Assembly (NCBI GenBank): GCA_030654155.1
Contig: JAURYA010000094.1
Coordinates: 1-61,618, forward strand
Length of the DNA stretch: 61,618 nucleotides
Source of the DNA: Sulfurimonas sp.
GTDB lineage: Bacteria > Campylobacterota > Campylobacteria > Campylobacterales > Sulfurimonadaceae
Direction of reading: 5' to 3'
Notes under the pieces: model-generated
The model's input: the letters and a program-made list of their open reading frames with translations, nothing else
Database searches by the model: none
Told to the model about the DNA's origin: nothing
Part shown: piece by piece, positions 39,701-48,167 of the stretch
Layout: each line of letters opens with the position of its first letter
How positions within the stretch are numbered: the stretch's first letter is position 1
Position numbers and translations under genes: made by a program

Positions 39701-40116
39701 TTGGTGTTCCAACAGCTGAAGTTCAAATGGACGGTAAAGAGGGTAAACTCAAATATATAGAGGGCATCAAACCGTTTAAAGCAGAGAGATTTGCTGACTA
39801 CAATAAAGACAGTGGGAATATCTGGTGGGATGGACTGAGCGGTTCATGGCAAAATGCTGTGGCAGCGCCGCATCCAGACCCAATCTCAGGTATGCACTGC
39901 TGGCACCAAAAAGTTATTTTAGAGCCTGCTCAAGCCGGTGATAAAATAGGTGATATCTTTGTAAATTATGATAACAACTTTAAGGTTTATCAATCATGGA
40001 GAGATAAGCTGACACGCGGTTTAGATGAAAACTCTACACTTCGTCGTCCAGAGCATATTAAACGTCCTTGGGTGCCTTTATCTCATAAAGCATACGAAGT
40101 TAAAATCAGTAAATAG
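36724..40116 (+). CDS. Tat-exported DMSO-reductase-family molybdopterin oxidoreductase, catalytic subunit (Psr/Phs/Ttr/Arr-like)
   Basis: SRRTFLK Tat motif; CSNCEASC...NCAKG Fe-S motif; YDPDR..FPLKR; HTNICS (probable Cys Mo ligand); DPRLS; DYILP; HTRS in the C-terminal dinucleotide-binding domain. Confidence 0.9.
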   Translation: MYLQSRRTFLKGAAFTVAGATIARGVFTTDAIAESVSESKFTNTPNSLSFYPPMSEWNDFKELDGDDWKRGGIDRHGVRSESNPDGIEVNDFMIIPTACSNCEASCGITAWVDKKSFTVKKYMGNPFHPGSRGRNCAKGYAVQSQMYDPDRIAFPLKRAPGSARGEGKWIRTTWDEAMTTIGNKMAETIEKGDEISKKSVMFHIGRPNENGFVPAIWHTLGMDAYNSHTNICSANGRTPTIQFANDDRTSPDWANAKLIFLNSSHAADAGHYFAQSAAFIADARAKGAKMVVMDPRLSNSAGMADLWIAAWPGTEPAIYLYLTQRILNENKVDKAFVKKWINWEVFLDNKKYLEFMVSKGYISKVPSGDDFDTFLAVLKELYSPYTLDYTVKETHVPAYKLEALYDMFIWAGESISTYFWRASAAGNRGGWMGGRTGYFALALRGAIGPEGGTFFHHWHVISVSGKGGSSTVGQGMRGENIAKVDVYNELTYPPEWPLSSYEMSYLLPHLLTDTEWQNKWIAKGLKIPQKLSVYIPRMYNPVWINPDGFRWIETLKDESKMELTMNLSPVWSETNWYMDYILPVGLAGERHDQHSEATMPARWTSFRQPVLRVALEKAGWKPKNPARATLEAHIKAGLGEVWEDNEFWFELCVNYIDPTGKLGIKKMWESKKNPGKPVTIAEWYDAAFGDNLPNLKATATTDERYKNSEYPVYEYMRDYGAWMEENNIYSAQEREIKDDGENYISHGHKYDKKHVHINKRTGVMTAESHGQTKSIGIEINGKKMEGFATLDKKLDFFCEWLADDWKWPEYAIPFYPRNDQEKKEMVHLVSHVNHSYMTEKDSYALNTVFRLPYNIHTRSANSKHLMEISQNHDPIWISTGDAARQGFKRGDAIRVRIVDSLSGLESGFFVAMAVPTEGVLPGTLACSHHGGRWKLTNSVAIPNGVSDGKVDSQPVPRNINDPKFLAHPVENVGKDGAQIKIEDYSGKSGINSFGVPTAEVQMDGKEGKLKYIEGIKPFKAERFADYNKDSGNIWWDGLSGSWQNAVAAPHPDPISGMHCWHQKVILEPAQAGDKIGDIFVNYDNNFKVYQSWRDKLTRGLDENSTLRRPEHIKRPWVPLSHKAYEVKISK

Positions 40117-40126
40117 CGGTTGCTTG

Positions 40127-40227
40127 ATACTCATTAAATCTCGAAAACTTGTTTTTCGTAGCTTTAGGGGGTTGCAAGGGACATTTGTCCCTGCCGTTAA
40201 AACGGACTTGTTCGTTTTAATGAGTAT
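40127..40227 (+). repeat. ~101 bp three-hairpin intergenic repeat, copy 2, with 12-bp terminal inverted repeat
   Basis: ATACTCATTAAA (40127-40138) / TTTAATGAGTAT (40216-40227); inner hairpins CGAAAA-cttgt-TTTTCG, AGGGAC-attt-GTCCCT, CGTTAAAACGGA-cttg-TTCGTTTTAATG. Confidence 0.82.
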
Positions 40228-40724
40228 TAATAGCTAGCCAAAAACATTCTAAGCCACAATCCAAAAGTGCTCGTATAACCTACATCACTAAAGAAAACTT
40301 CACCATTTTTGTCATAAATAATAGTAGTTGGAAATATTGATACACCAAATTTTTCTGTAATGGCTCCATCTATGTCATTGACTACTTTAAAATTCAAATC
40401 ACGACTTTTTAGATACTCATCTATTTCGGTATCGCTTCCTGACTTTAGCGCAATTGTTAAGACATTATAATTTTCAGAGATTGTCTGTATATTTGGTGCT
40501 TCTGCTTTGCATGTAGGACACCAAGATGCCCAGAAGTGAATCAAAATAGGCTCGTTTTTTGGTAAAGTGTATGAGCTGTCGTGCAGAAGAGATACGCTAA
40601 AAATATTTAGCGCCTCTTTGTTTAAGTTGTTACTTCTATATAGGCTTAAAATATTGGCAAAAATAGTCATTACAATAAAAAAAAGAAGAATCTCCTTGAA
40701 GTACTTAATTATTTTATCTTTCAT
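40227..40724 (-). CDS. TlpA/ResA-like redoxin
   Basis: N-terminal TM, HFWASWCPTC, FPT cis-Pro loop. Confidence 0.9.
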   Translation of the reverse strand: MKDKIIKYFKEILLFFIVMTIFANILSLYRSNNLNKEALNIFSVSLLHDSSYTLPKNEPILIHFWASWCPTCKAEAPNIQTISENYNVLTIALKSGSDTEIDEYLKSRDLNFKVVNDIDGAITEKFGVSIFPTTIIYDKNGEVFFSDVGYTSTFGLWLRMFLASY

Positions 40725-40801
40725 GTCAATCCATTTTTTTGTTTATTTTAACACTATAGTAATCATTTCTTGCTAACATTATATAAACATAGGAGTAATA
40801 G

Positions 40802-41302
40802 ATGTATAAAATAGCGATTTTGACCATGATTGTGCTTTTCTTCATTGGTTGTAACTCACAAAAAGATATTGTTGGCAAAACAGGCATGTTTCAAAGTGTC
40901 AATAAAGAAGAGGCGATTTTGCTTCAGGATGGCGCAGATAAGCATTTTTGTCCAAGATGCGGTATGGATTTAATTAAATACTTTAAAACAAGCCACAGCG
41001 CGACATATAGCGGCAAAACATATCAATACTGCTCTTTGCACTGCCTAGAAGACCATCTGGGTGATGGTATTGAACTTAAAAATCCAATGGTCGTAGATGT
41101 AGGCAGTTTAAAATTTATTGATGCTATAAAAGCTTACTATGTTGTAGGCAGCAGAGTAAGAGGAACGATGAGTAAAATTAGCAAGTATGCTTTTTTAAAT
41201 AAAGAAGAGGCTGAAAAATTTCAAGCTGAAAATGGTGGTGAAATTATGGATTTTTATAAAGCTTTGGATATTACTAAGCAGGATTTTAAATACAATAAAT
41301 AA
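40802..41302 (+). CDS. NosL-family lipoprotein
   Basis: Lipobox FIGC, CPRCGM, YCSLHC, YVVGS...GTM, AF.....A..F....GG. Confidence 0.85.
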   Translation: MYKIAILTMIVLFFIGCNSQKDIVGKTGMFQSVNKEEAILLQDGADKHFCPRCGMDLIKYFKTSHSATYSGKTYQYCSLHCLEDHLGDGIELKNPMVVDVGSLKFIDAIKAYYVVGSRVRGTMSKISKYAFLNKEEAEKFQAENGGEIMDFYKALDITKQDFKYNK

Positions 41303-41312
41303 ATTTTTAACA

Positions 41313-41343
41313 AAGAAGCTCCTCAAAAAAAGAGAAGTTTCTT
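41313..41343. terminator. Probable bidirectional terminator between convergent genes
   Basis: AAGAAGCTCCTC-a7-GAGAAGTTTCTT imperfect hairpin between the nosL-like and pit stop codons. Confidence 0.55.
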
Positions 41344-41357
41344 CTAAAATGAAAATA

Positions 41358-42848
41358 TTATTTCGCGATAAAAATAAAATTAAGACAGTAATAAATGACT
41401 GAACTCAGTAATGCTGTTATCGGCAAGGTGAAAAGCCATGAGAGTAAAATAGTCTTTACCATACTTTTCTGCACGCCGCCTTCCGGTTCTGCAACCATCG
41501 ATCCAGCAACGGCACTGGATACGATATGTGTTGTGCTGACCGGAGCGTGGGCAAAGTTTGCCAATAAAATGGTCATCATTGCCATCGCTTGTGCAACCGT
41601 ACCTTGCATATAGTTAATCGGTTGAGAACCTATTTTTTCACCGATAGTAAGGACGATTCTTTTATAACCTATCATCGTTCCGATACTAAGCGCAAACGCC
41701 ACTGCTATAATTACCCAATTTGGAACATATTCTGTTGCCGACACCATAGCTTTTCGTTGTGTCTTTATGTAATCGGATTTATCTTTGTCGCTTATCAGAT
41801 ATATTTTTTCTACTTGACCGAAAAAATTATCCGAACATAAAATAGCCGTATGAATACTCCAGCGATCTTGCGGTGATAGTTCCGAATATGATTTAAGACT
41901 GCCTAGTTTTGTAGCAACCAAAGAAGTTGTATCGTAAACTTGGTTAAGGCTGCACTCCGCAATCGTATTTTTTGTTTTGAGCGCACTGATTAAGTGTTTC
42001 TCACTTACGAGTTTGTTAAGGGTTTCGTTGTTCTCAGCATAAAATTTTGCTAAATTTTCGGCACTGTCACGAGTTTGCTGGATTTTATATTGATGCGAAT
42101 CCATATTGAGCGCGTAATAAGTCGGCAATATCCCGATAAGGATAATCATAATAAGACCAATCCCTTTTTGCCCATCATTCGAACCGTGTGCGAAACTAAC
42201 ACCGGCACCGGTCGCAATAATCCCCATCCTCATCCAGAAGTTAGGGCGCTTTCTTTTTGACTCGCTATCGGGTGTTTTGTAAAATTTTGGATTATGAATA
42301 AATTTTCTCGTTGCTTTCATGAGTAAAAATGCGAAACCAAATCCCAAAAGAGGAGAAAGAGCCAATGCCGTTAATACACCGTACAAGGCTTTCCAATTCA
42401 CGCTTTGCGAAAACTCAAAACCGTTCATAACGCCAAACACGGCACTGACTCCGATAAGTGAGCCGATTAGCGAATGTGAACTAGAAACCGGTAAACCGAA
42501 ATACCATGTCCCGAAATTCCATATGACTGCGGATATCAACAGTGAATAAATCATAACCAGCGTTGCATTTTGATTGGATGCGACCACAATATCCAGCGGC
42601 AATAAGTGGACAATAACATAGGCAACGCCTATACCGCCCATTATAACACCGAAAAAGTTCATAATACCTGACATGATGACAGAATATTTTGCATTCATGG
42701 AGTTAGTGTAAATAATCATTGCTACTGCATTAGCTGTATCATGAAAACCGTTAATCATTTCATAAAAGAGAGCTATAGCTAACGATAGAAGTAATAACGC
42801 AATAGTTATTGTGCTGACATTATTTAGTGCTTCCCAGATTACAGACAT
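41358..42848 (-). CDS. pitA: PiT-family inorganic phosphate transporter
   Basis: NGFHDTANAVA, GLPVSSSH, HGSNDGQK, PVSTTH. Confidence 0.93.
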   Translation of the reverse strand: MSVIWEALNNVSTITIALLLLSLAIALFYEMINGFHDTANAVAMIIYTNSMNAKYSVIMSGIMNFFGVIMGGIGVAYVIVHLLPLDIVVASNQNATLVMIYSLLISAVIWNFGTWYFGLPVSSSHSLIGSLIGVSAVFGVMNGFEFSQSVNWKALYGVLTALALSPLLGFGFAFLLMKATRKFIHNPKFYKTPDSESKRKRPNFWMRMGIIATGAGVSFAHGSNDGQKGIGLIMIILIGILPTYYALNMDSHQYKIQQTRDSAENLAKFYAENNETLNKLVSEKHLISALKTKNTIAECSLNQVYDTTSLVATKLGSLKSYSELSPQDRWSIHTAILCSDNFFGQVEKIYLISDKDKSDYIKTQRKAMVSATEYVPNWVIIAVAFALSIGTMIGYKRIVLTIGEKIGSQPINYMQGTVAQAMAMMTILLANFAHAPVSTTHIVSSAVAGSMVAEPEGGVQKSMVKTILLSWLFTLPITALLSSVIYYCLNFIFIAK

Positions 42849-42851
42849 ATC

Positions 42852-43394
42852 TTACTTTTTAATATACGCTTTTATTATTTTTTGCTCTTCGACAGGTCTA
42901 TCTCCAGCATTTTGTCCAAGTGTTGGAACATTTTCAAGTTTTTTTACATTCCCCATTGTTTGGGCAGTAACTTGACCAAAAATCGTATGTCTTCCATTTA
43001 ACCATGGAGAAGGAGCGGTTGTTATAAAAAATTGACTGCCATTTGTATGAGGACCTCTGTTTGCCATAGCAAGAATGCCAGCCTTGTCAAACATTTTGTT
43101 TGTAAACTCATCTTTAAAATCTTTTTTCCAAATACTCTCCCCATCTCTGCCTGTTCCACTCGGGTCTCCGCCTTGAATCATAAAATCTTTGATGATTCTG
43201 TGAAATATAAGTCCGTTGTAATAGCCATTTTTGACATGTGTAGTAAAATTCTCTACTGCCAAAGGAGCTACTTCTGGAAAGAGTTCCAGTTCTATGATTC
43301 CCTGATTTGTTTCCAGCACAACATGTGGATTTTTGCTCTGTGCACTAAGGTTTACCGAAAATATCATCAGTAATGCAACTATTATTTTTTTCAC
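42852..43394 (-). CDS. Exported cyclophilin-type peptidyl-prolyl isomerase
   Basis: AP..VENF, FHRII.DFMIQGGDP, LAMANRG..TNGSQFFI, HTIFG; signal peptide. Confidence 0.94.
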   Translation of the reverse strand: MKKIIVALLMIFSVNLSAQSKNPHVVLETNQGIIELELFPEVAPLAVENFTTHVKNGYYNGLIFHRIIKDFMIQGGDPSGTGRDGESIWKKDFKDEFTNKMFDKAGILAMANRGPHTNGSQFFITTAPSPWLNGRHTIFGQVTAQTMGNVKKLENVPTLGQNAGDRPVEEQKIIKAYIKK

Positions 43395-43527
43395 TTTGTC
43401 TCCATTTTTAAGTATATGATAGTTATATTGTATCTGGTTTTATTGAAAATTAAAATTTATGAACGGAGCTTTGTTTGTAAAAATTAGTAAAAGAAGCGTA
43501 TAGAAACAGGAGTTTATCGGAGAGAAG

Positions 43528-43556
43528 AATTTGCCGCAAAAAAATTGCGACAAATT
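43528..43556 (-). terminator. Intrinsic terminator after hup
   Basis: Minus strand AATTTGTCGCAA-ttttt-TTGCGGCAAATT directly after the stop, followed by a pyrimidine tract. Confidence 0.7.
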
Positions 43557-43561
43557 AAGGT

Positions 43562-43846
43562 TTATTTACCAGCAGCAACGCGGTCTTTAAGACCTTTGCC
43601 AGCTTTAAACTTAGGAACCATTTTATCTTTTGTAGTATAAGTTTTGCTTGTGCCTGGAACTTTACCACTTTTACCTTTTTGTAATGAAGCGCTAAAGCTT
43701 CCAAATCCTACAAGAGAAACATCTTCTTTTTTTACTAATGCAGATGCTACTGCATCTGTAAATGCTCTGATAGCTGCTTCAGCTTCAACTTTAGTTTTGT
43801 AATTGCCACTTGCTTGTACTAGTTCAACGAATTGAGCTTTATTCAT
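43562..43846 (-). CDS. hup: HU DNA-binding protein
   Basis: MNKAQFV, V.LVGFGSF, PKFKAGK.LKD.V. Confidence 0.95.
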   Translation of the reverse strand: MNKAQFVELVQASGNYKTKVEAEAAIRAFTDAVASALVKKEDVSLVGFGSFSASLQKGKSGKVPGTSKTYTTKDKMVPKFKAGKGLKDRVAAGK

Positions 43847-43943
43847 AAATCTACCCTTGAATTTATAAAGATTTTCCGAAACTACTAAGGCTTTAAAATA
43901 AAATTTCAGAGCAACAGTAATTCAGCTATAGACACTTTATAGT

Positions 43944-44180
43944 TTATTTGCTTAAAGATTTCTTCTTTTTATCAAAAAATGATAAAAAATATGATGTTTT
44001 ACTCTTTTTTAGTCCGATTTTTGCACGTTTTAGTAGTTTCGAGGCAGCACTACTTATATTGCTAGCTATAATCAAAGACGATAATTCTCTCATTCTTTTA
44101 TATCTATCGTCATGTGTATGTATAGACAAAAAAACATCCTCTAAGCCATCTCTTTCTTGTTTTGTTAGTGTGCCCATCAA
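43944..44180 (-). CDS. Small hypothetical protein with a basic C-terminus
   Basis: 78-aa ORF 1 bp after the HTH gene, AAGGA upstream. Confidence 0.6.
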   Translation of the reverse strand: MMGTLTKQERDGLEDVFLSIHTHDDRYKRMRELSSLIIASNISSAASKLLKRAKIGLKKSKTSYFLSFFDKKKKSLSK

Positions 44181-44181
44181 C

Positions 44182-44421
44182 TTAATCCTTAAGGTTATTG
44201 ATTTTTCTTACTGCTCTAATAATCTCTTCATCTTCTAATTTGCCAAGCATTTGCATAACTGTAATTGCTGCTTGAGGCTTTGCTCTCCCCAGCTTCCAAT
44301 CCTGGTATGTGCGCATAGATATTCCTAATGAATCAGCCATATCTTTTAGGGATATCTTTTTTCCATTATTTTTGGATTCTATGGAGTTATGAAGAATATT
44401 AAATAGATCATTAATTTGCAT
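44182..44421 (-). CDS. XRE/Cro-type helix-turn-helix protein
   Basis: SLKDMADSLGISMRTYQDWKLGRAKP matches the XRE pattern. Confidence 0.88.
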   Translation of the reverse strand: MQINDLFNILHNSIESKNNGKKISLKDMADSLGISMRTYQDWKLGRAKPQAAITVMQMLGKLEDEEIIRAVRKINNLKD

Positions 44422-44643
44422 GAAGTGATTGTAGGGAATAAATACTTAAATATACATTTAATTTATATAAACATATTAATAAAATACTTTTATATTTAGT
44501 TTATCGTAGTTTACAATATATAAACATTATATAAAGTGCTTAATAATATACTAAACACACGGAATACCGTGTTGTATCTAAAATAAAAAACTACATTAGA
44601 GTAAAGAAATAAAAAATAAAAAAGTATGAAAAGGAGAGAGTTG

Positions 44644-46317
44644 TTAAGAGTTTATGGAGACTTTTTTGTTTGTTGGATGGAGTGTAATGAAGCTATCTGA
44701 TTCTACCATATAAAATGGCTCATATGCTTTCGCTTCTGTTTTGAAGGTAAGCTCTTGAGTATTGTTCAGTGTAAAAGTAATCGTATTTAAGCCTCTTAGA
44801 GCTTCATTAATTGTAATTTTTGCATGTTTTACTCCATTAATAATCATATTCTGTTGAGCTCTTAGCTTGTTAATCTGCTCCTTTAAAATCGGAACCTCTG
44901 AGAGTGTGTGTTTTTGAGCACCTTCAAGGCGGTATTTTAAATCTTCTATCTCTTTTGTTACAAAATTATATCTGCTGTTTAGGGTGGGAATATCTTTGTA
45001 GTTAATCTTAAATAGATTATCTTCTCCGCTCACAAGATTAATGTTAATTGAATTAGATGCGTAAACTTTGAGATTATTTTTTACATGCCCGATTGTTACA
45101 TTTTCTGCATATATTGTTCCGCCAAGAGAGCTTTCTATCTCTACATTGGTGGCGTGAACCTCTCCGCCTTCAAGAAGTTTTATTTTTGCGCTATGACATC
45201 TCAATTTGCCTTTATGCCTGTTTATCTTGGCAAATTTTGCCTCTTGTGATGAGTCTTGATGAGTTGCGCCGTCTATCGAAAGATTGACTGCCCTTAGATT
45301 TGATTTTGCTCCAACATGACCATTTATATGTATAGTTTCTGAGGTAAGTTTTACGCCTTCTCCTACGCTGTCCAGAGAAGTGTCGTGCTGGGAAATAATA
45401 ACTTCTATATTGTTTGCTTCATCTTTCGCCACCGAGTCTTGAACGCGTGAGAGATGCTCCATCTTGATTTTGTTGTCAATATAGAAATCATCCTTGTCAA
45501 AATGAACATATCCTTTGATTTTGCTTTTATAGATTTTTCTGTCATCATTTTCTACAATTTCTATACTTTTATTGTCTATGGAGCATTTTAAATCGTCGCT
45601 ATTGTTTAAGTGGCTATTGTCAATTATCTCACCGAATGCGGTTAAGCCGTTTTTTCCAAAAACAGGCTTTATAAATTCAACCAGAACCTCTCCCTCATCA
45701 ACCTCTATAACTTGATGATTTGACTCTTTGTCTAAAAAGCGCATCAGCAGCTTGCTGCTTCTTCTTATCTCCGGCTCGATTCCGATAAAAAGCGGGATTT
45801 TAATCTTATTTATAAATTTACCCATATATAGATATCTAACAAAAGCTTTGAGCTTCTCTTTCATCTCTTCGTCAAAAATATTTATAACTATCTTGTTTAC
45901 CGCTTTTATGTTGTTTAGCTCTTTTATCAAAAGCATATATATCTCTTTTGGCTGATACTGTTTATATGGAATTTGAGATTCAGGATGCAAAATAATAACA
46001 GGAGTAGCGTTGTTGTCTGAGAAATTTATATTATAGTTGAGTTTTATTATGCGCTTGGTACTCTGTTTTATAGTAATCGAATATATCTGCCTGAGTCTTA
46101 CATGTTCGTTTACCATTTTTTCATGATTGCCATAGTAGCCCAAAGAGTCTTCGTTGTAGAGCTTAAATTCGTCATCGGAAGTTGTTTTTATATATGTATC
46201 TACACTATGGATGCTAAAAGAGAACTCTAGCGGTGAAGAGTCGTTCTCTGCTGCTAATTTATTTATTGAAGCGACGATATTTTTTGTTTTAATTTTTTTA
46301 ATAAGCAAGCAGATCAC
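44644..46317 (-). CDS. Flagellar assembly protein A (DUF342/FapA family)
   Basis: KP..GK.G...FG, beta-helix-like repeats (I.I.GHVG, I.GATH, LEGG.V.A, GG.IYA), C-terminal coiled coil. Confidence 0.78.
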   Translation of the reverse strand: MICLLIKKIKTKNIVASINKLAAENDSSPLEFSFSIHSVDTYIKTTSDDEFKLYNEDSLGYYGNHEKMVNEHVRLRQIYSITIKQSTKRIIKLNYNINFSDNNATPVIILHPESQIPYKQYQPKEIYMLLIKELNNIKAVNKIVINIFDEEMKEKLKAFVRYLYMGKFINKIKIPLFIGIEPEIRRSSKLLMRFLDKESNHQVIEVDEGEVLVEFIKPVFGKNGLTAFGEIIDNSHLNNSDDLKCSIDNKSIEIVENDDRKIYKSKIKGYVHFDKDDFYIDNKIKMEHLSRVQDSVAKDEANNIEVIISQHDTSLDSVGEGVKLTSETIHINGHVGAKSNLRAVNLSIDGATHQDSSQEAKFAKINRHKGKLRCHSAKIKLLEGGEVHATNVEIESSLGGTIYAENVTIGHVKNNLKVYASNSININLVSGEDNLFKINYKDIPTLNSRYNFVTKEIEDLKYRLEGAQKHTLSEVPILKEQINKLRAQQNMIINGVKHAKITINEALRGLNTITFTLNNTQELTFKTEAKAYEPFYMVESDSFITLHPTNKKVSINS

Positions 46318-46975
46318 TATAATCGTATTTTGAGAAATCTAGGTATAGTTTACCATCTCTATGTATCACCCTTGAATCGCTGTCATAAGCATCCAAGAAT
46401 CTTTTTTTAATGGTTTTTCTTTGAGAAGATTTAATGTTTAATGATTTTAAATACTCTTTTAATTCAACAAAATCAAAATCGCTTATCAATTCTGCCTCGC
46501 CTTGGTGGTCAAAACTCTCTATTTCAAGTATGGCAGCATTTTCTTTTTCAAATCTCATTTTTTTATTTACAAGAGTCAGTATGTTTTTTAGCTGTTCATC
46601 TTTTGAGCTGTAAATTTTTTCTATTTTATCTCTCTCATCACGAAGCATCTGCTCTTTGTCATCAATGAGTTTATCCACTTTAGTCTCTAGTTGAGCTATT
46701 TTGTCTTTAAGAAATCTATTCTCTTTTTGATAGAGTGCTATAACCGTAGCAACAGTAGTTTTTGGTTTAACTACTTGAGTGTTTTCTCTGGGTATAATAT
46801 TTTTTTCTTGATGAATCTCTTCTCTTTTTTCTTTCTCAAGCGAACTTCTCGTCACTATAATATATGTCATGCCGTTTTCGATAATATAATTTAATTTTTT
46901 TGCTTTAATCTTCGAGTTGATCATCTCTTTGGACATCTTAAAATATTTACAATACTCATCTATTGTTAGTCTCAT
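46298..46975 (-). CDS. Putative DNA-binding protein (N-terminal HTH-like, central coiled coil)
   Basis: LTIDEYCK...MS...I...I...KL N-terminus resembling excisionase/MerR-type HTH; YQKEN..LK.KI..LE.K coiled coil. Confidence 0.65.
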   Translation of the reverse strand: MRLTIDEYCKYFKMSKEMINSKIKAKKLNYIIENGMTYIIVTRSSLEKEKREEIHQEKNIIPRENTQVVKPKTTVATVIALYQKENRFLKDKIAQLETKVDKLIDDKEQMLRDERDKIEKIYSSKDEQLKNILTLVNKKMRFEKENAAILEIESFDHQGEAELISDFDFVELKEYLKSLNIKSSQRKTIKKRFLDAYDSDSRVIHRDGKLYLDFSKYDYSDLLAY

Positions 46976-47087
46976 CTCAATCCCCGATAATTTTTTGTAT
47001 ATTTTAGCATAATAAGTTTTTATAAAAGTTATTTTAAATGAAGCCTGTACTACAATTAGGCAAAAATTTTACAAAAAGAGTCTAATA

Positions 47088-48161
47088 ATGGGTGTTTTAA
47101 ATATTGTAAAGCCAGGAGTACTATTTGGTGACGATGTACAAAAAGTTTATCAGTACGCTAAGGAGAACGGATTTGCTATTCCAGCCATAAACGTAGTAGG
47201 CACTGATTCTATAAATGCTATATTGGAAGCTGCCGCGAAAGTGAACTCCCCTGTAATTATTCAATTCAGCAACGGCGGAGCATCATTTTATGCAGGAAAA
47301 GGGTTAAGCAATGAAAACGAGAAAGCTGCAATTGCGGGTGCAGTCTCTGGAGCTTTGCATGTGCATATGATGGCTGAATGTTATGGAATTCCGGTTATTC
47401 TTCATACCGACCATGCTGCAAAAAAACTTCTTCCGTGGATTGATGCTCTTTTAGATGAGGGCGAGAAACATTACAAAACTCACGGTAAACCTCTCTACTC
47501 TTCCCACATGCTCGATTTGTCAGAGGAGCCTCTGGAAGAGAATGTAGCTATTTGTAAAAAATATCTGCAAAGAATGAGCAAAATCGGAATGAGCATAGAG
47601 ATAGAGCTTGGCGTAACGGGCGGAGAAGAGGATGGCGTTGACAACTCAAGTGTTGACAACTCTCTTCTTTATACTCAGCCTGAAGATGTTGCATATGCAT
47701 ACAAAGAGTTAAGCGAAGTTTCTCCAAGTTTTACAATTGCCGCATCTTTTGGTAATGTTCACGGTGTTTATAAGCCGGGCAATGTCGTGCTTACTCCAAA
47801 AATTTTAAATAACTCTCAAAAATATATTCAGGAAAAATTTAACACTGGCACCAAGCCTGTAAATTTTGTTTTTCACGGCGGTTCAGGCTCGACGCATGAA
47901 GAGATTCGCGAAGCAATCAGCTACGGCGTAATCAAGATGAATATTGACACAGACACGCAGTGGGCAACGTGGATAGGCGTTAAAGATTATTATGAGAAAA
48001 ACAGAGATTATCTTCAAGGGCAAATCGGAAATCCTGAGGGCGAAGATAAGCCAAACAAAAACTACTATGACCCTAGAAAATGGCTAAGAGACGGACAAAA
48101 AACTTTACTTAAAAGAGTAGAAGAGGCATTTAACGATCTCAACGCAATAGGTAGAAATTAA
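47088..48161 (+). CDS. fbaA: Class II fructose-bisphosphate aldolase
   Basis: FAIPAIN, LHTDH, SSHMLDLS, GGEEDG, FGNVHGVY, VFHGGSG, KMNIDTD, YDPR.W. Confidence 0.97.
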   Translation: MGVLNIVKPGVLFGDDVQKVYQYAKENGFAIPAINVVGTDSINAILEAAAKVNSPVIIQFSNGGASFYAGKGLSNENEKAAIAGAVSGALHVHMMAECYGIPVILHTDHAAKKLLPWIDALLDEGEKHYKTHGKPLYSSHMLDLSEEPLEENVAICKKYLQRMSKIGMSIEIELGVTGGEEDGVDNSSVDNSLLYTQPEDVAYAYKELSEVSPSFTIAASFGNVHGVYKPGNVVLTPKILNNSQKYIQEKFNTGTKPVNFVFHGGSGSTHEEIREAISYGVIKMNIDTDTQWATWIGVKDYYEKNRDYLQGQIGNPEGEDKPNKNYYDPRKWLRDGQKTLLKRVEEAFNDLNAIGRN

Positions 48162-48167
48162 GCGCCA

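Noticed and set aside
36724-40116. Formate dehydrogenase, nitrate reductase or selenoprotein
   Set aside because: No in-frame TGA, no Fdh-type RxC/UH motif seen, and the partners are NrfC/NrfD type.
9626-40227. CRISPR array or tRNA explanation for the repeated hairpins
   Set aside because: The copies are 30 kb apart with no repeat-spacer periodicity, no cas genes and no cloverleaf or T-loop consensus.
40802-41302. Nitrous oxide reductase cluster inferred from the NosL-like gene
   Set aside because: No nosZ, nosD, nosF or nosY in the window.
43944-46975. Prophage remnant suggested by two HTH proteins
   Set aside because: No integrase, structural or replication genes; neighbours are hup, a FapA-like gene and fbaA.
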